Shown here one piece after another: positions 10,708-21,386 of a stretch of DNA of 64,000 bases. Source of the DNA: Promethearchaeota archaeon (GTDB lineage: Archaea; Asgardarchaeota; Lokiarchaeia; Sigyniarchaeales; SOKP01); contig JAHPZJ010000030.1 of the NCBI GenBank assembly GCA_019058245.1, positions 96,001 to 160,000 of the forward strand, in the 5' to 3' direction. The translations under genes and the position numbers were made by a program. Numbering within the stretch: the stretch's first letter is position 1; every line of letters begins with the position of its first letter. Below the pieces are notes generated by a model. The model was not told where the DNA came from. It saw only the letters and a program-made list of their open reading frames with translations, and made no database searches.

Positions 10708-11820
10708 ATGAAATTAAAAGCAAGATTATTTGATAAACTTGAAGATAATAAAGTGAGATGTCATGTGTGCGCTAATGAATGTATAATCTTACCTGGTAAA
10801 GTAGGAATATGTAGAACAAGAAAAAATTTTCAAGGAGAGCTTTTCACTCTTATTTATGGATCACTTATTTCTTCGGGAAGTTTAGATCCAATTGAAAAGA
10901 AACCACTGTACAATTTCTGGCCGGGTGCCACCGCATATTCCATTGCCTCGATTGGTTGTTCTTTTAAATGTCAGAATTGCCAAAATTGGAATATATCGCA
11001 GGCAAATCCAACAGACAATGGAAAAAATGGATTCTATGATATTCAAGGTTATGAAGATCGTGGAATGCCGTTAATTGAAATGACTCCTGACCAATTAGAA
11101 AAGAAAATTGTAAAGAGTGGAGCAGAAACTATCGCTTATACTTATAATGAGCCATTAATATGGCATGAATGGATTATAGACACAGTTCCTCTTATGAAGA
11201 AATATGATATTAAAACAATTTTAGTAACAAATGGTTTTTCGACTCCAGAAGCTGCAAAAGAACTGATTGAAGTAGGAATTGACGCAGCAAATATTGATAT
11301 TAAAGCGATGTCTGATGAATTTTATAAAAAGATATGTGGAGTTAAATCTGTTCAACCCGTTTTGGATACTGCAAAGAGATTTAAATCGAATGGAGTTCAC
11401 ATTGAAATTACCAATTTAATCATCCCTAATTTAAATGATAGTAAGGAAGATATTAAAAAACTATGTGTTTGGATCGTGGAAAATTTAGGAAAAGATACAC
11501 CTACTCATTTCTCAGCTTACCATCCTGATTTTAAAATGCCTTCAATGAAACGTACTCCTTACGAAACATTAGATATGGCTTATAATATTGCTAAAGAAAC
11601 AGGTTTATATTTTCCTTATGTCGGAAATATAAGTCATGAAAAGGGTGGAAATACATACTGTCCAAACTGTAACTCTATCTTAATTGGGAGAAGGGGTTAT
11701 ACATTTAAAACTATTGAAGTGACTGATGATAAGAAATGTCCAAATTGCTCCTATGATCTAAAAAATGATATTATAGGAGATATAAATAAGCACCCATCAC
11801 ATAGATTCAGTTTTTTTTAA
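10708..11820 (+). CDS. amrS: AmmeMemoRadiSam system radical SAM enzyme
   Basis: CHVC..C..G..GIC, DPIEKKPL, CSFKCQNCQNW, AYTYNEP, C-terminal CPNC x2. Confidence 0.9.
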   Translation: MKLKARLFDKLEDNKVRCHVCANECIILPGKVGICRTRKNFQGELFTLIYGSLISSGSLDPIEKKPLYNFWPGATAYSIASIGCSFKCQNCQNWNISQANPTDNGKNGFYDIQGYEDRGMPLIEMTPDQLEKKIVKSGAETIAYTYNEPLIWHEWIIDTVPLMKKYDIKTILVTNGFSTPEAAKELIEVGIDAANIDIKAMSDEFYKKICGVKSVQPVLDTAKRFKSNGVHIEITNLIIPNLNDSKEDIKKLCVWIVENLGKDTPTHFSAYHPDFKMPSMKRTPYETLDMAYNIAKETGLYFPYVGNISHEKGGNTYCPNCNSILIGRRGYTFKTIEVTDDKKCPNCSYDLKNDIIGDINKHPSHRFSFF

Positions 11821-11883
11821 TAAGATATTTAGAAGACCTTAAAAAATAATGGTTTTAATAATATGATTTTAATTTATATGCAT

Positions 11884-12369
11884 TTAATCTAGACTCTCGT
11901 TGATTTTCTTACCAAATTTAATAGCATTTTTAGTTCCAATCCAAAATAACTTTCTGAATTTGAATTGGTCAATTAATTGGACACGTTTTTCCTCAACTTT
12001 AGTTTTCATATATTCAAGTGCCTTTCCACCAGTAAAACGAGCTGTGTTAAATACTACAGCTTTTTTCCCACTTAGATCTCCTATTCTAGCTATAACTTCA
12101 TCAAAAGCTTTTGGGGGTTTATCTCCATAAGTAGGCATTCCAAAAATAAGTAAATCGTAAGGGAGAGCATCAATTGTATTTAGTTCAGGTTCTATTACTG
12201 AAAAGTCATCATTCTCGAATTTATCTAACATTTTTATTTTTTCTACAAATTTTCCAGTTAATTCTATTGGAAAAAAGTCTACTTCATAGTTAGTTAAAAC
12301 ACTTGCGATAGCTTCAGCGGTTTTTTTAGTTCTTCCTCCCATTGTAAAATATGTAATTAGTGCTTTCAT
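11884..12369 (-). CDS. Flavodoxin family protein
   Basis: YFTMGGRTKKTAEAI, FGMPTYG. Confidence 0.85.
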   Translation of the reverse strand: MKALITYFTMGGRTKKTAEAIASVLTNYEVDFFPIELTGKFVEKIKMLDKFENDDFSVIEPELNTIDALPYDLLIFGMPTYGDKPPKAFDEVIARIGDLSGKKAVVFNTARFTGGKALEYMKTKVEEKRVQLIDQFKFRKLFWIGTKNAIKFGKKINESLD

Positions 12370-12489
12370 AATTTTAAAATAATTTTACGTATTAAATAAC
12401 TTTTATTTTGATTGTATATCGAAAACAATAAAACTTCTTACTTGTAAAGTTTAAAAAAGATAAAAAAAATTATAAAATTTTTAAAAATA

Positions 12490-13155
12490 TCACAAAATAC
12501 TAATGCCAACCACTAGTAATAGGATTCCTTGGATTATACATACAATAGCTACAATAAAGGCAAAGGGAGGCCAAGATAGTACTTTTGAAATACCCATTAT
12601 TCCCGCAATGTAGAACTTAACAAATATAGCAACTACTGCCAAAATAATGATGAATAAAACGATGAAAAACCATTTTGGATCAAAATGAATAGCAATATGT
12701 TCAACTACCCAATCTGGTATTAAAAGACAGACAATAATACCAACCGCAATAGCGAGTACTAGTCCTACAATACTAGAAATTGGAAGGTCATTTAAAGGTT
12801 TTAAAAGGGTAAAAGCTCCAAAAACAATCAGTAATATAGCAGAAAAAAGATTTCTTCCTGCTCCAGGATTTTCTGTAGCATACGCTACACTTGGGGGTTC
12901 ATCTAAAATTAAAGCTCCAACTCCACTTATAATACTGAAGATTCCTACTAAAATTCCAATATAAGTTAATGCTTTAAGAAATTTGGTTATATCAAAATCC
13001 CAAGATTCAACTTTTCGTTTTTTGAAAGAACCTCTCCTTTTTGTTTCGTATATGGCATAAATAATCCACATAATGCCTAAAATTAGAAAGAAAAATCCTC
13101 CCCATTTTGATAGAGGGCGCATAAAATTATCTGTAAAATCCCATGCGAAAATCAA
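12490..13155 (-). CDS. Multi-pass membrane protein, unknown function
   Basis: About 6 hydrophobic segments; TTG start after AGTGA. Confidence 0.75.
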   Translation of the reverse strand: MIFAWDFTDNFMRPLSKWGGFFFLILGIMWIIYAIYETKRRGSFKKRKVESWDFDITKFLKALTYIGILVGIFSIISGVGALILDEPPSVAYATENPGAGRNLFSAILLIVFGAFTLLKPLNDLPISSIVGLVLAIAVGIIVCLLIPDWVVEHIAIHFDPKWFFIVLFIIILAVVAIFVKFYIAGIMGISKVLSWPPFAFIVAIVCIIQGILLLVVGISIL

Positions 13156-13263
13156 TTATTTTCACTCTTTAATATATATTTAGATTTGTTATTATATTGT
13201 ATATTATTTTTTAAGAATATAATTCTAATGGAGTCCAATTATTAAAAATAAAATCTGAAAGGA

Positions 13264-14958
13264 TTAAGTAATAAATGAGACTGTTTTTTTTATGTAATCC
13301 ATATACATCTCAATTTCTTTACTCTTTTTATTTTCATCCCATGAATATTCGTTTGTCATGATTTCAGCGACTTTTTTCGCTGCTTTTAGAGTCATTCTGT
13401 GATCAATCCAAAGAGACATTTCTGTTCTTCTGCAAAATACATCAATTAAATGAGGTGTATGCTCATATCTTAGACAATAAAGAATTTCTGCTTTTATGAA
13501 ATCATTATCTTGATTTATTTTTTCATTTAAAGATTCATCATTATCTATCATTTCAAGAATTTTAATAGCACCTTTACCATATTGTTGGTATAAATGATCT
13601 AAAACATCAGGATCTATATTATGATGATGTTCTTTTAACACTATTGACCAATCTTCCTCGGTAAGTCCTATAATGAAAGGTTGTCTACTAAAATGCTTCT
13701 CTCTTTTAATATTTGGGAATAATTTTCTTTCTTCTAATTTATTAAATAAATCTTCAGCCATAGCACGCCATTCTGTTAATTTACCTCCAGCTATTGTTAA
13801 TAAACCATCATCAGAGAAAAAGATGGTATGAGTTCTCGATACTTCACTTTCAGATTTCCCCTTTTGCATTACTAATGGTCTTATTCCAGCATAAGTTGAC
13901 AATATATTATCATATTCTAATTCTGCATTTGGGTAAAATTTTTTTGTTGATGTGATTAAGTAATCCGCATCATCTTTAGAACAAAAGGGATTAACTAAAT
14001 CTCCATCATAATCAGTATCAGTCGTACCAATAATTGTATAATTTTTATCTCTAGGTATAACAAAAAAGATTCTATTATCAATTGGAGAATAGAGAACATC
14101 AGCCATTTTATTTTTAATATGTTTTCGTCGATATTGTAAATGAACACCCTTAGTAGGACGAATAAGAGGTTTTAAAACGTCATCAGGATATCGTTCAAGT
14201 AAGTTATCTGTCCAGATTCCTGTTGCATTAACAAATAGTTTTCCTCTTATTTCAAATTGATGATCCAATTCTAAATCTTTACATTTGACACCAATAATTT
14301 TATTATCCTTCCTAATATATCCGATCACTTTACAGTAATTTACTATATCAGCACCTCTTATAACAGCTTCTTTTAATGTTTCAATTGTTAATCTGGCATC
14401 ATCAATATTATTGTCATAATATACAGCACCTCCTAAATTTCCATCTCTTAAAAATTCAGGTTCTAATTCAAAAATTTCTTGTGGAGAATGCCATTGATGT
14501 TGTTTAAAATTTTTAAATTCTGATTTATCGTCACTTAGGAAATCATAAATTTTTATAGCCGAAGCTAATTCTCGCTTTTTGTATTTTCCTCCTTCGATAA
14601 CAGGTAGATAAAATGGTACTGGTCTAACTAAATGAGGGATATCTATTCGCATCCAATTTCTTTCTCTTGTAGCCTCTTTAACTAAATCCATCTCCCCATA
14701 ATTTATGTATCTTAACCCTCCGTGAGCTAGTTTTGAACTTCTTGATGAAGTCCCTGCTGAAAAATCCTGCATATCAACACATGCAACTACAAGTCCTCTT
14801 ATTGCCGCTTCTCTCGCGATACCAGCCCCCGTTATCCCTGCTCCAATAATCACAAGATCATAATTTATCTCTTTTAATCTTTTAATGATTTTATCTCTAC
14901 TTTTATAATTCCATGACTGACTGAATAATTTCTTTTCTAGATCTTTCATATATATCAT
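13264..14958 (-). CDS. glpD: FAD-dependent glycerol-3-phosphate dehydrogenase/oxidase (GlpD/GlpA family)
   Basis: IGAGITGAG, GTSSRSSKLAHGGLRY, DDARL, KGVH, GTTD, AGIRPL, GGKLT..R.MAE. Confidence 0.92.
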   Translation of the reverse strand: MIYMKDLEKKLFSQSWNYKSRDKIIKRLKEINYDLVIIGAGITGAGIAREAAIRGLVVACVDMQDFSAGTSSRSSKLAHGGLRYINYGEMDLVKEATRERNWMRIDIPHLVRPVPFYLPVIEGGKYKKRELASAIKIYDFLSDDKSEFKNFKQHQWHSPQEIFELEPEFLRDGNLGGAVYYDNNIDDARLTIETLKEAVIRGADIVNYCKVIGYIRKDNKIIGVKCKDLELDHQFEIRGKLFVNATGIWTDNLLERYPDDVLKPLIRPTKGVHLQYRRKHIKNKMADVLYSPIDNRIFFVIPRDKNYTIIGTTDTDYDGDLVNPFCSKDDADYLITSTKKFYPNAELEYDNILSTYAGIRPLVMQKGKSESEVSRTHTIFFSDDGLLTIAGGKLTEWRAMAEDLFNKLEERKLFPNIKREKHFSRQPFIIGLTEEDWSIVLKEHHHNIDPDVLDHLYQQYGKGAIKILEMIDNDESLNEKINQDNDFIKAEILYCLRYEHTPHLIDVFCRRTEMSLWIDHRMTLKAAKKVAEIMTNEYSWDENKKSKEIEMYMDYIKKTVSFIT

Positions 14959-15154
14959 TTACCAAAATTTTCACATCTAAATTAATCTTTCTTGAAAGAG
15001 CAAAATAATTCATTTTATTTTATCAATTAATTTCTGAAATTTTAGTTATTGATATTATTAATATAAAACTTTGCGAAATCAAAAGATTTAAAATAAAAAA
15101 TTTAGTTCATATATAAGGAAAGCTAATTTTTGAATCAAAATGGGATAGATAATA

Positions 15155-15535
15155 ATGCCAAAATCTGAAAAAAAAAAAATTCTAATTGTAGATGATGCTC
15201 AATTCGTAAGAAATAGGATTAAAAAGGTAATAGAAAAAATGGATTTTGCCGAAGTTATTGGTGAAGCCTCAAATGGAGATGATGCAATATCTTTGTACAA
15301 AGAATTAAAACCAGATTTAGTAACTATGGATCTTGTTATGCCGAATACCGATGGAATTAAAGCAATTGAAGAAATTATGAAATTTGACAAGAGCGCTATA
15401 ATTGTTGTAGTAAGTGCAATGGGTCAAGAACTATCCATACTCGAAGCTACGGAAAAGGGAGCAAAAGATTACATTAAAAAACCCTTCAAGGAGGAACAGA
15501 TTTATCGCGCTATAGAACGATTCTTAAAGCCTTAA
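15155..15535 (+). CDS. CheY-like single-domain response regulator
   Basis: ILIVDD, PDLVTMDLVMP..DG, SAMGQ, KPF. Confidence 0.9.
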   Translation: MPKSEKKKILIVDDAQFVRNRIKKVIEKMDFAEVIGEASNGDDAISLYKELKPDLVTMDLVMPNTDGIKAIEEIMKFDKSAIIVVVSAMGQELSILEATEKGAKDYIKKPFKEEQIYRAIERFLKP

Positions 15536-15553
15536 ATAAAAAGAGGGGTCTCT

Positions 15554-16525
15554 TCAAATATTTTTCAATAATGTTTTTAGAATCAATGGCATCGAATAAA
15601 TATCATAATAATTATGCTCAATAATTTCTTTAATTAAACCAATATATCTCTTAGGATTTTCTCTATATTTCCGATAACAAAAACCTACTAGCTCACTCGG
15701 TAGAGAATTTTTTCTTATCCAATTCAATAGATTTTCTTCTATATTCGCTAAAGAAAAATTATGAAATTTTCCTTTAAATATGCGACGACAATGATGAAAC
15801 AAATCAATATGATGAAATTTGGTATTAATTTTTTCATGTGGTTGATCTTGTTCTGAAATCATTGGATTTTCATCGAAAAAGTACAAAAATCGATTTGCTA
15901 AATATGGAATATCAAAGGTTTTTCCATTATAAGTTATAAAGCATTTATAATTTGGGAATATCTTTGTTCTAAGATGTTCATATATTGCTATTTCTTCTTT
16001 ATACTCTCTAGCAAAAAAAATATGTATTTTAAATTCATTATGTTGATAGAAACCAATCCCTACAATTATAACAGGACTATCAAATATGCCAAGTGTTTCA
16101 ATATCCAAAAACAGAAAATCTTCGAGCCTAAAACAAAAAATCACATCTAAATCATTAATATATTTGTTTTTTGTGAGAGTTTGAAAATTTTTTTCTTTCA
16201 TCAAATTTAAAATCTGAGTTGCTGAACTACTGAAATGTAAATTGTATTTTAAATCTATTAGAGTCGTAATTCCTCTCTGATTTAATTTTTTTTCAATGAA
16301 TTCTCCAACATAATTAACAGTTTTAAGATTATTTATCAATTTTTTCCGAGGTTTATATATATCAATTTCATTTGGAATATCATTTTCCTCCCAAACGAAT
16401 TCAATGAATTCACCCATCGTATTTTTGATAATATGATAGTTTTGATATAAATCTTCTAATTGCTGTCCATGGTATTGTTCTATTAAAGGTGTTATATCAA
16501 AGCTAACGATTTTGTAATTATCCAT
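15554..16525 (-). CDS. YprB/RNase_H_2 family DEDD exonuclease
   Basis: FLDIETLG, TYNGKTFDIPYL, HIDL, HN..DI. Confidence 0.88.
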   Translation of the reverse strand: MDNYKIVSFDITPLIEQYHGQQLEDLYQNYHIIKNTMGEFIEFVWEENDIPNEIDIYKPRKKLINNLKTVNYVGEFIEKKLNQRGITTLIDLKYNLHFSSSATQILNLMKEKNFQTLTKNKYINDLDVIFCFRLEDFLFLDIETLGIFDSPVIIVGIGFYQHNEFKIHIFFAREYKEEIAIYEHLRTKIFPNYKCFITYNGKTFDIPYLANRFLYFFDENPMISEQDQPHEKINTKFHHIDLFHHCRRIFKGKFHNFSLANIEENLLNWIRKNSLPSELVGFCYRKYRENPKRYIGLIKEIIEHNYYDIYSMPLILKTLLKNI

Positions 16526-16694
16526 TATCTATAAATAATTAAGAGATTTTATTTAATAATGTATCCTCTTAGGATTTATAATAAAACTAAAGTGTTAGAA
16601 CAACTACTTTTAAGTTTTACATATTTAAATAGATTAATGATTAAAAAATACTCTAATAAAAATAGATATCTTTAGAAATTTTTTGGATATTTAA

Positions 16695-17990
16695 TTAGTA
16701 ATTTCTAACTTTAAAGTATCTTCTTGATTCCGCATCTTCCAGTACATAGTGACTCCCTCCACCATGAATCATGCAATAAGAATCAAGAAGTCCCATTTGA
16801 TTGCAATATTGTTCAGTAAATGCACGTCCTCCCATAGTTCTAAATAAATCAACTGAACACTGAAATGCTAATTCAGCAGTTTGAACTTTTAACCCCATTG
16901 CTTGAGAAGCGATCATTTTAGAATTAGATGGTTGAGGATGTTTATCAATCTCTCGGGTATAATTTATTAATGCTGATAGAAGTAAATTAGTTTGACGTAT
17001 ATTTTCAGCAATTGGAAATCTAATAATCTGATAATGATGTAATTTATGTTCAAACTGCTCACGTTGGAGGGCAAAACTAAGTGAAAAAAATAGTTTTTTA
17101 ATACAGTCGCCTATTGCTTCAGCACTAATAACTAATCTTTCCTCATTTAGTTGATGAAACATAAGATCTAATCCATCAGCTTCGAGAAGATTTTCTTTGG
17201 GAATTTCTACATCATTAAAAACTAAACGACTGACAAATGCATCATTCATTCCATAAGTTCTAACTCTTGAAGATTCGAAATTTTTCAATTGTTGGTGTTC
17301 AGTATCTACTATTATTCCCCCTATTTTTCCATTATTCAATCTGCCATAGAGAAGAATATAATCTGCCAGCATCCCATTCGTGATAAAGAGTTTTTTCCCA
17401 TTTGCGATTATAGAATCGTATTTTTCATCTAGTTTTAACTCAATTTTAACAATATCACTACCTATTTTAAATTCAGTCATAGCAGAAGCTGCCATCAAAC
17501 CATTTTTAACTACAGGGATAAGAAATTTATCTCTTTGAAATTTATTGGCTTTATAATTCAGGGGATTACAATAAAGTGTTCCCCCTGCCAATCTACCCAT
17601 CTCAATACTCCAGTTGCCATTTATATATCTTTCACTATTATTAGACCAAAAACCACCAGATAAGGTTAATGCTATGAGAGCATTTTTAGTTACACTTCCT
17701 ACGTCATTATCTTCAAAACCTATTGATGTGCTATAGTAACCTTTTTCTGCTAACTTCTTCATAAAATTAATAACAATTTCACGTTTCTTATCTTGTATTG
17801 GTACTTCTGCAGAATAATTTAATTCTTCTAAAATTTTCAAATCTTTTTCAAGATATTCTTCCATATAATTGTGAAAATTAGACAGAAATGTTTTTTCTTC
17901 GGGATTAAGTAAAGCGTTATGGATTAAGTCAAATTCAGGCAAATTTCTGCTAATTTCTATTTTTGGAAATTCTGGGACTCTTATATCCAT
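16695..17990 (-). CDS. Acyl-CoA dehydrogenase family protein (divergent)
   Basis: AMTEFKIGSD, NGKKLFITNG, ER, REQF, MGGRAF; ATG 17990 preferred over TTG 18011. Confidence 0.88.
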   Translation of the reverse strand: MDIRVPEFPKIEISRNLPEFDLIHNALLNPEEKTFLSNFHNYMEEYLEKDLKILEELNYSAEVPIQDKKREIVINFMKKLAEKGYYSTSIGFEDNDVGSVTKNALIALTLSGGFWSNNSERYINGNWSIEMGRLAGGTLYCNPLNYKANKFQRDKFLIPVVKNGLMAASAMTEFKIGSDIVKIELKLDEKYDSIIANGKKLFITNGMLADYILLYGRLNNGKIGGIIVDTEHQQLKNFESSRVRTYGMNDAFVSRLVFNDVEIPKENLLEADGLDLMFHQLNEERLVISAEAIGDCIKKLFFSLSFALQREQFEHKLHHYQIIRFPIAENIRQTNLLLSALINYTREIDKHPQPSNSKMIASQAMGLKVQTAELAFQCSVDLFRTMGGRAFTEQYCNQMGLLDSYCMIHGGGSHYVLEDAESRRYFKVRNY

Positions 17991-18180
17991 AATAAAAAAG
18001 ACAAGTTTCAAAAATATAAATTTTAGTTAAAAATTAATAGGAATTTTTTCCCACCATAGCTTAACGTTTAATCAGAAAGTTTTTAATCAAAATTATTCAT
18101 AAAAATAAAATATTGATTCATTATGAAAACTATAAAAATATAAAACAAAAATATATAAAATTTTCAATGGTGAAATTTTT

Positions 18181-19602
18181 ATGATTAAATTTAGCGAAAA
18201 ACAATTAAGAATACCGAAATTAATGCGCCCAGTCTATTTAGTTACAGTTGGAATGTCAAAATTCGATAGAGCCTTTCCAGAAACCAGAACTGAAGAATTA
18301 TGTGTGGATGCTCTTACTGCTGCAGCTGATTTTGTAAATATGACTCCGAGTGAATTGAAACAATATATTCACACTTGTTATTATGGTCATTTTGCTGATC
18401 ATTTTGGAGATCAATTACTTGGAGAAGCAGTAGTTCATGATAGACTAGGATTAGATCCATTAGGTAATATTGGAGTAAAAACAGGTGGTGCTACAGGAGG
18501 TTCTACTATGTGGGAAGCTGTAAAAGCAGTAGCTTCAGGTTATAGTGATTGTGCTTTAGCGCTAGGATGGGAAAGAATGGATGAAGTCCCTACAGATGAA
18601 GGAAACCATCTTATTTCATGTGCTGCGGATAAAGATTGGGAAACACCCTTGGGACATATCTATACGGGGTATTATGCTGTCATGGCTCAAAGATATTGGA
18701 AAATATTTGGTAAGGAAGAAGATTCTTTTCGAAATACTATGGCAGAAATAGCTGTAAAAAATCGCGGTTATGCTAGAATGAATCCTCACGCTCATGGACC
18801 TATGAAAATTACTGTTGAAGATGTTATTAAATCCCCTATAGTTGCTTATCCTCTACGTACTTTAGATTGTTGCCTAATGAGTGTTGGATCTGCTTGTGGA
18901 ATTGTGTGTGATGAAAAGACAGCATATGAAATAACAGATAAACCACTTAGGATATATATTGCTGCTGGAAGCCATACATTACGGGTAGCCGATCGAAGAG
19001 ATATGAAAATCCCTCTCTTACCAAATGAGAAACCGAATCAATATGATAATTTAGGAAAAAAATTTCCAGGAGGAGATCGTTATCCAGGCTTCACGAGCTT
19101 CTTAGCAGCAAGAATATCTGCTTATTATGCATATCATATGTCAGGAGTAGTTGATCCGACAGAAGATCTTGATATAGTTGAACTTCATGATGCGTTTACA
19201 ATCAGTGATATTCAGACTTATGAAGACATTGGAATTAGACCTTATGGAGAAGGAAGAAATTATATTGAGAGTGGAGATGCATATGTTGTTAATCCACACA
19301 CTAAAAAACCAGGAAAACTACCAAGTAATCCCTGTGGTGGTTTAATAGGGTGTATGCATGCTGTAGGGGCAACAGGTTTAATGCAGATTGCTGAGATTGG
19401 CTATCATATATGGAATCGATGGGATGAAATTCATGAGTCTGAGGAGAAGTGGAACTCGTTTGGAAGAAAAAAACCTAAAGATTGGACAAGCCTCCAAGTT
19501 AAAGGTGCGAAAAGAGGACTTGCAATTTCTCACGCAGGTGTAGGCTCTCATGTTACATGTACAATTTTAATGAATCCAAATAATTTAATAAAGGAGGATT
19601 AG
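18181..19602 (+). CDS. SCP2-thiolase-like protein lacking the canonical nucleophilic Cys
   Basis: TGGATGG in place of CxSG, ELHDAF, GGLIGCMHAVGATG. Confidence 0.88.
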   Translation: MIKFSEKQLRIPKLMRPVYLVTVGMSKFDRAFPETRTEELCVDALTAAADFVNMTPSELKQYIHTCYYGHFADHFGDQLLGEAVVHDRLGLDPLGNIGVKTGGATGGSTMWEAVKAVASGYSDCALALGWERMDEVPTDEGNHLISCAADKDWETPLGHIYTGYYAVMAQRYWKIFGKEEDSFRNTMAEIAVKNRGYARMNPHAHGPMKITVEDVIKSPIVAYPLRTLDCCLMSVGSACGIVCDEKTAYEITDKPLRIYIAAGSHTLRVADRRDMKIPLLPNEKPNQYDNLGKKFPGGDRYPGFTSFLAARISAYYAYHMSGVVDPTEDLDIVELHDAFTISDIQTYEDIGIRPYGEGRNYIESGDAYVVNPHTKKPGKLPSNPCGGLIGCMHAVGATGLMQIAEIGYHIWNRWDEIHESEEKWNSFGRKKPKDWTSLQVKGAKRGLAISHAGVGSHVTCTILMNPNNLIKED

Positions 19603-19606
19603 AAAA

Positions 19607-20209
19607 ATGCCTAAAGTAGAAGAAGAAAAAGGATTTGTAGAGATACTTAATAGTAGATATAAACTTCGCGGATTATTTCACATAATTGAAGCAAATCAAC
19701 CCATTTATAATAAAGACACTGGAAAATTAGCTGGTGTGACAAATCCAAGAGATGTGACATATATCCACTCATACGGTGGAGAAGCTATATTTTTCGAATC
19801 TCTTAGTAAGGGGAAACTTATGGCTTCAAGGTGTGATAATGAAAAATGTGAATCCAAAGGTTCAATCTATGAACCATTTCGAATATTCTGTCCAGACTGC
19901 CTAAGGAAAAATACTATTGTAGATATCACTGAAAAAGCTCAAAAAACAGCTAAAATCCACTCTTTTATTATTACTCATCGTTCTGGAGCCTTTAATATAT
20001 TACCAAAACCAATTAAATTCATAAATGTCGAATTTGATGAAGAAGTGGTTACAATTCTTATGAGTGTTTTAGTTGTAGGAGAACCTGAAATTGGAAAAAG
20101 AATAATACCAATTTTTCGAATAAAAAGCCCAACTTATACAATTATGGATTTAATGTTTGTTGTTAAAGGTACAACTGAATCAGAGTTACCTGAGAAATTT
20201 AGTTTCTAA
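19607..20209 (+). CDS. DUF35-type Zn-ribbon/OB-fold acyl-CoA binding protein
   Basis: HSYGG..FF..L..GKL, CDNEKC..CPDC; 4 nt after the thiolase gene. Confidence 0.85.
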   Translation: MPKVEEEKGFVEILNSRYKLRGLFHIIEANQPIYNKDTGKLAGVTNPRDVTYIHSYGGEAIFFESLSKGKLMASRCDNEKCESKGSIYEPFRIFCPDCLRKNTIVDITEKAQKTAKIHSFIITHRSGAFNILPKPIKFINVEFDEEVVTILMSVLVVGEPEIGKRIIPIFRIKSPTYTIMDLMFVVKGTTESELPEKFSF

Positions 20210-20398
20210 TATTTTCTATAACTTTCTTTTTTTTTTTAATTTATAATTGAAATTCAATTAAAAATTCAGAGTTAGTAAATTTTATGCTTCAATACAAAAG
20301 ATAATTAATTATTTTTTTTTTAAAGTTAGGAAAGAAATAATTTTTTTATCAAAATATAACTATAATACTCAAAAATTAAATTTCAAAAGTGAAAAAAA

Positions 20399-21223
20399 TT
20401 GTCGGAAAAAATTGTATTAATAGAGGAAAACGAAGATAAGAGTATAATCACTATAAAAATGAATCGATTAGACAAAAGAAATGCGTTAAATTATGGTTTG
20501 ATGAGAGGTCTTCAAGATGCAATTGATAAAGTTGAACGAACAAATGCTAGAGTTGTTATTATAACTGGAGGAGATGAATTCTTTAGTTCTGGTATTGATT
20601 TAAAATTTTTAACAGGGCAAGAAAAAGATCCTGAAGGTCGTATTCCTGATATCAGAGTCCCTAGGAATTTTAGATATTTTGCAAATACATGGATTCATCC
20701 AATTTTTATTAAAATTGAAAAAATGGAAAAACCTGTAATTGCTAAAATTAATGGTTTTTGTTTTGGAATGGCATTTGAGTTAGCTTTAGCGTGTGATTTT
20801 CGATTTTGTACCGAATCTACTAAATTTTCGATGTTAGAAACTAAAGTTGGTATAACACCTGACGTAGGAGGTACCTGTCGTTTAACTCGATTAGTAGGGA
20901 TTCCAAATGCAAAAGATATCATTTTAACTGGACGCCAATTCGATGGAAATGAGGCATATAGACTTGGAGTTGTAAATAGAGTTGTAAAAGACCATAAAGA
21001 ATTAGATTCATTAATCAATATGTACTCAGATGAATTAATTGATTCTGCACCACTAGCAGTAGGACTTGGCAAAAAGTTAATAGATGATTGTTATGGAAAA
21101 GATACTGCTTTTGGATTGGAATTAGAAACTCTTGTAAGTTCACAATTATTTCAAACAAAAGATGCTAAATCAGGAGGACTTGCTCGTCTTCAAAAAGTCA
21201 AACCAAAATGGCTATGGAAGTGA
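20399..21223 (+). CDS. Enoyl-CoA hydratase/isomerase family protein
   Basis: KRNAL, FSSGIDL, KPVIAKINGFCFG.AFELALACD, E..VG..PD.GG. Confidence 0.92.
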   Translation: MSEKIVLIEENEDKSIITIKMNRLDKRNALNYGLMRGLQDAIDKVERTNARVVIITGGDEFFSSGIDLKFLTGQEKDPEGRIPDIRVPRNFRYFANTWIHPIFIKIEKMEKPVIAKINGFCFGMAFELALACDFRFCTESTKFSMLETKVGITPDVGGTCRLTRLVGIPNAKDIILTGRQFDGNEAYRLGVVNRVVKDHKELDSLINMYSDELIDSAPLAVGLGKKLIDDCYGKDTAFGLELETLVSSQLFQTKDAKSGGLARLQKVKPKWLWK

Positions 21224-21386
21224 TACTGCAGAATTATATTATTTTCTAATTTATTTATTCTTTTTTTAAAAAAATTGATGTCAAATCAATGTATTTATTC
21301 AATTAGATTCAATCAATTTATTCAATTAGAGAAATTCGGAGTAAAGAAAAAAAAAAAATTTAAAATATTATTTATAGTTATGTAAT

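Noticed and set aside
21293-21330. 15-bp direct repeat ATTTATTCAATTAGA x2 between convergent genes
   Set aside because: Only two AT-rich copies with an 8-nt gap. Not a CRISPR array and no cas genes; probably a local duplication.
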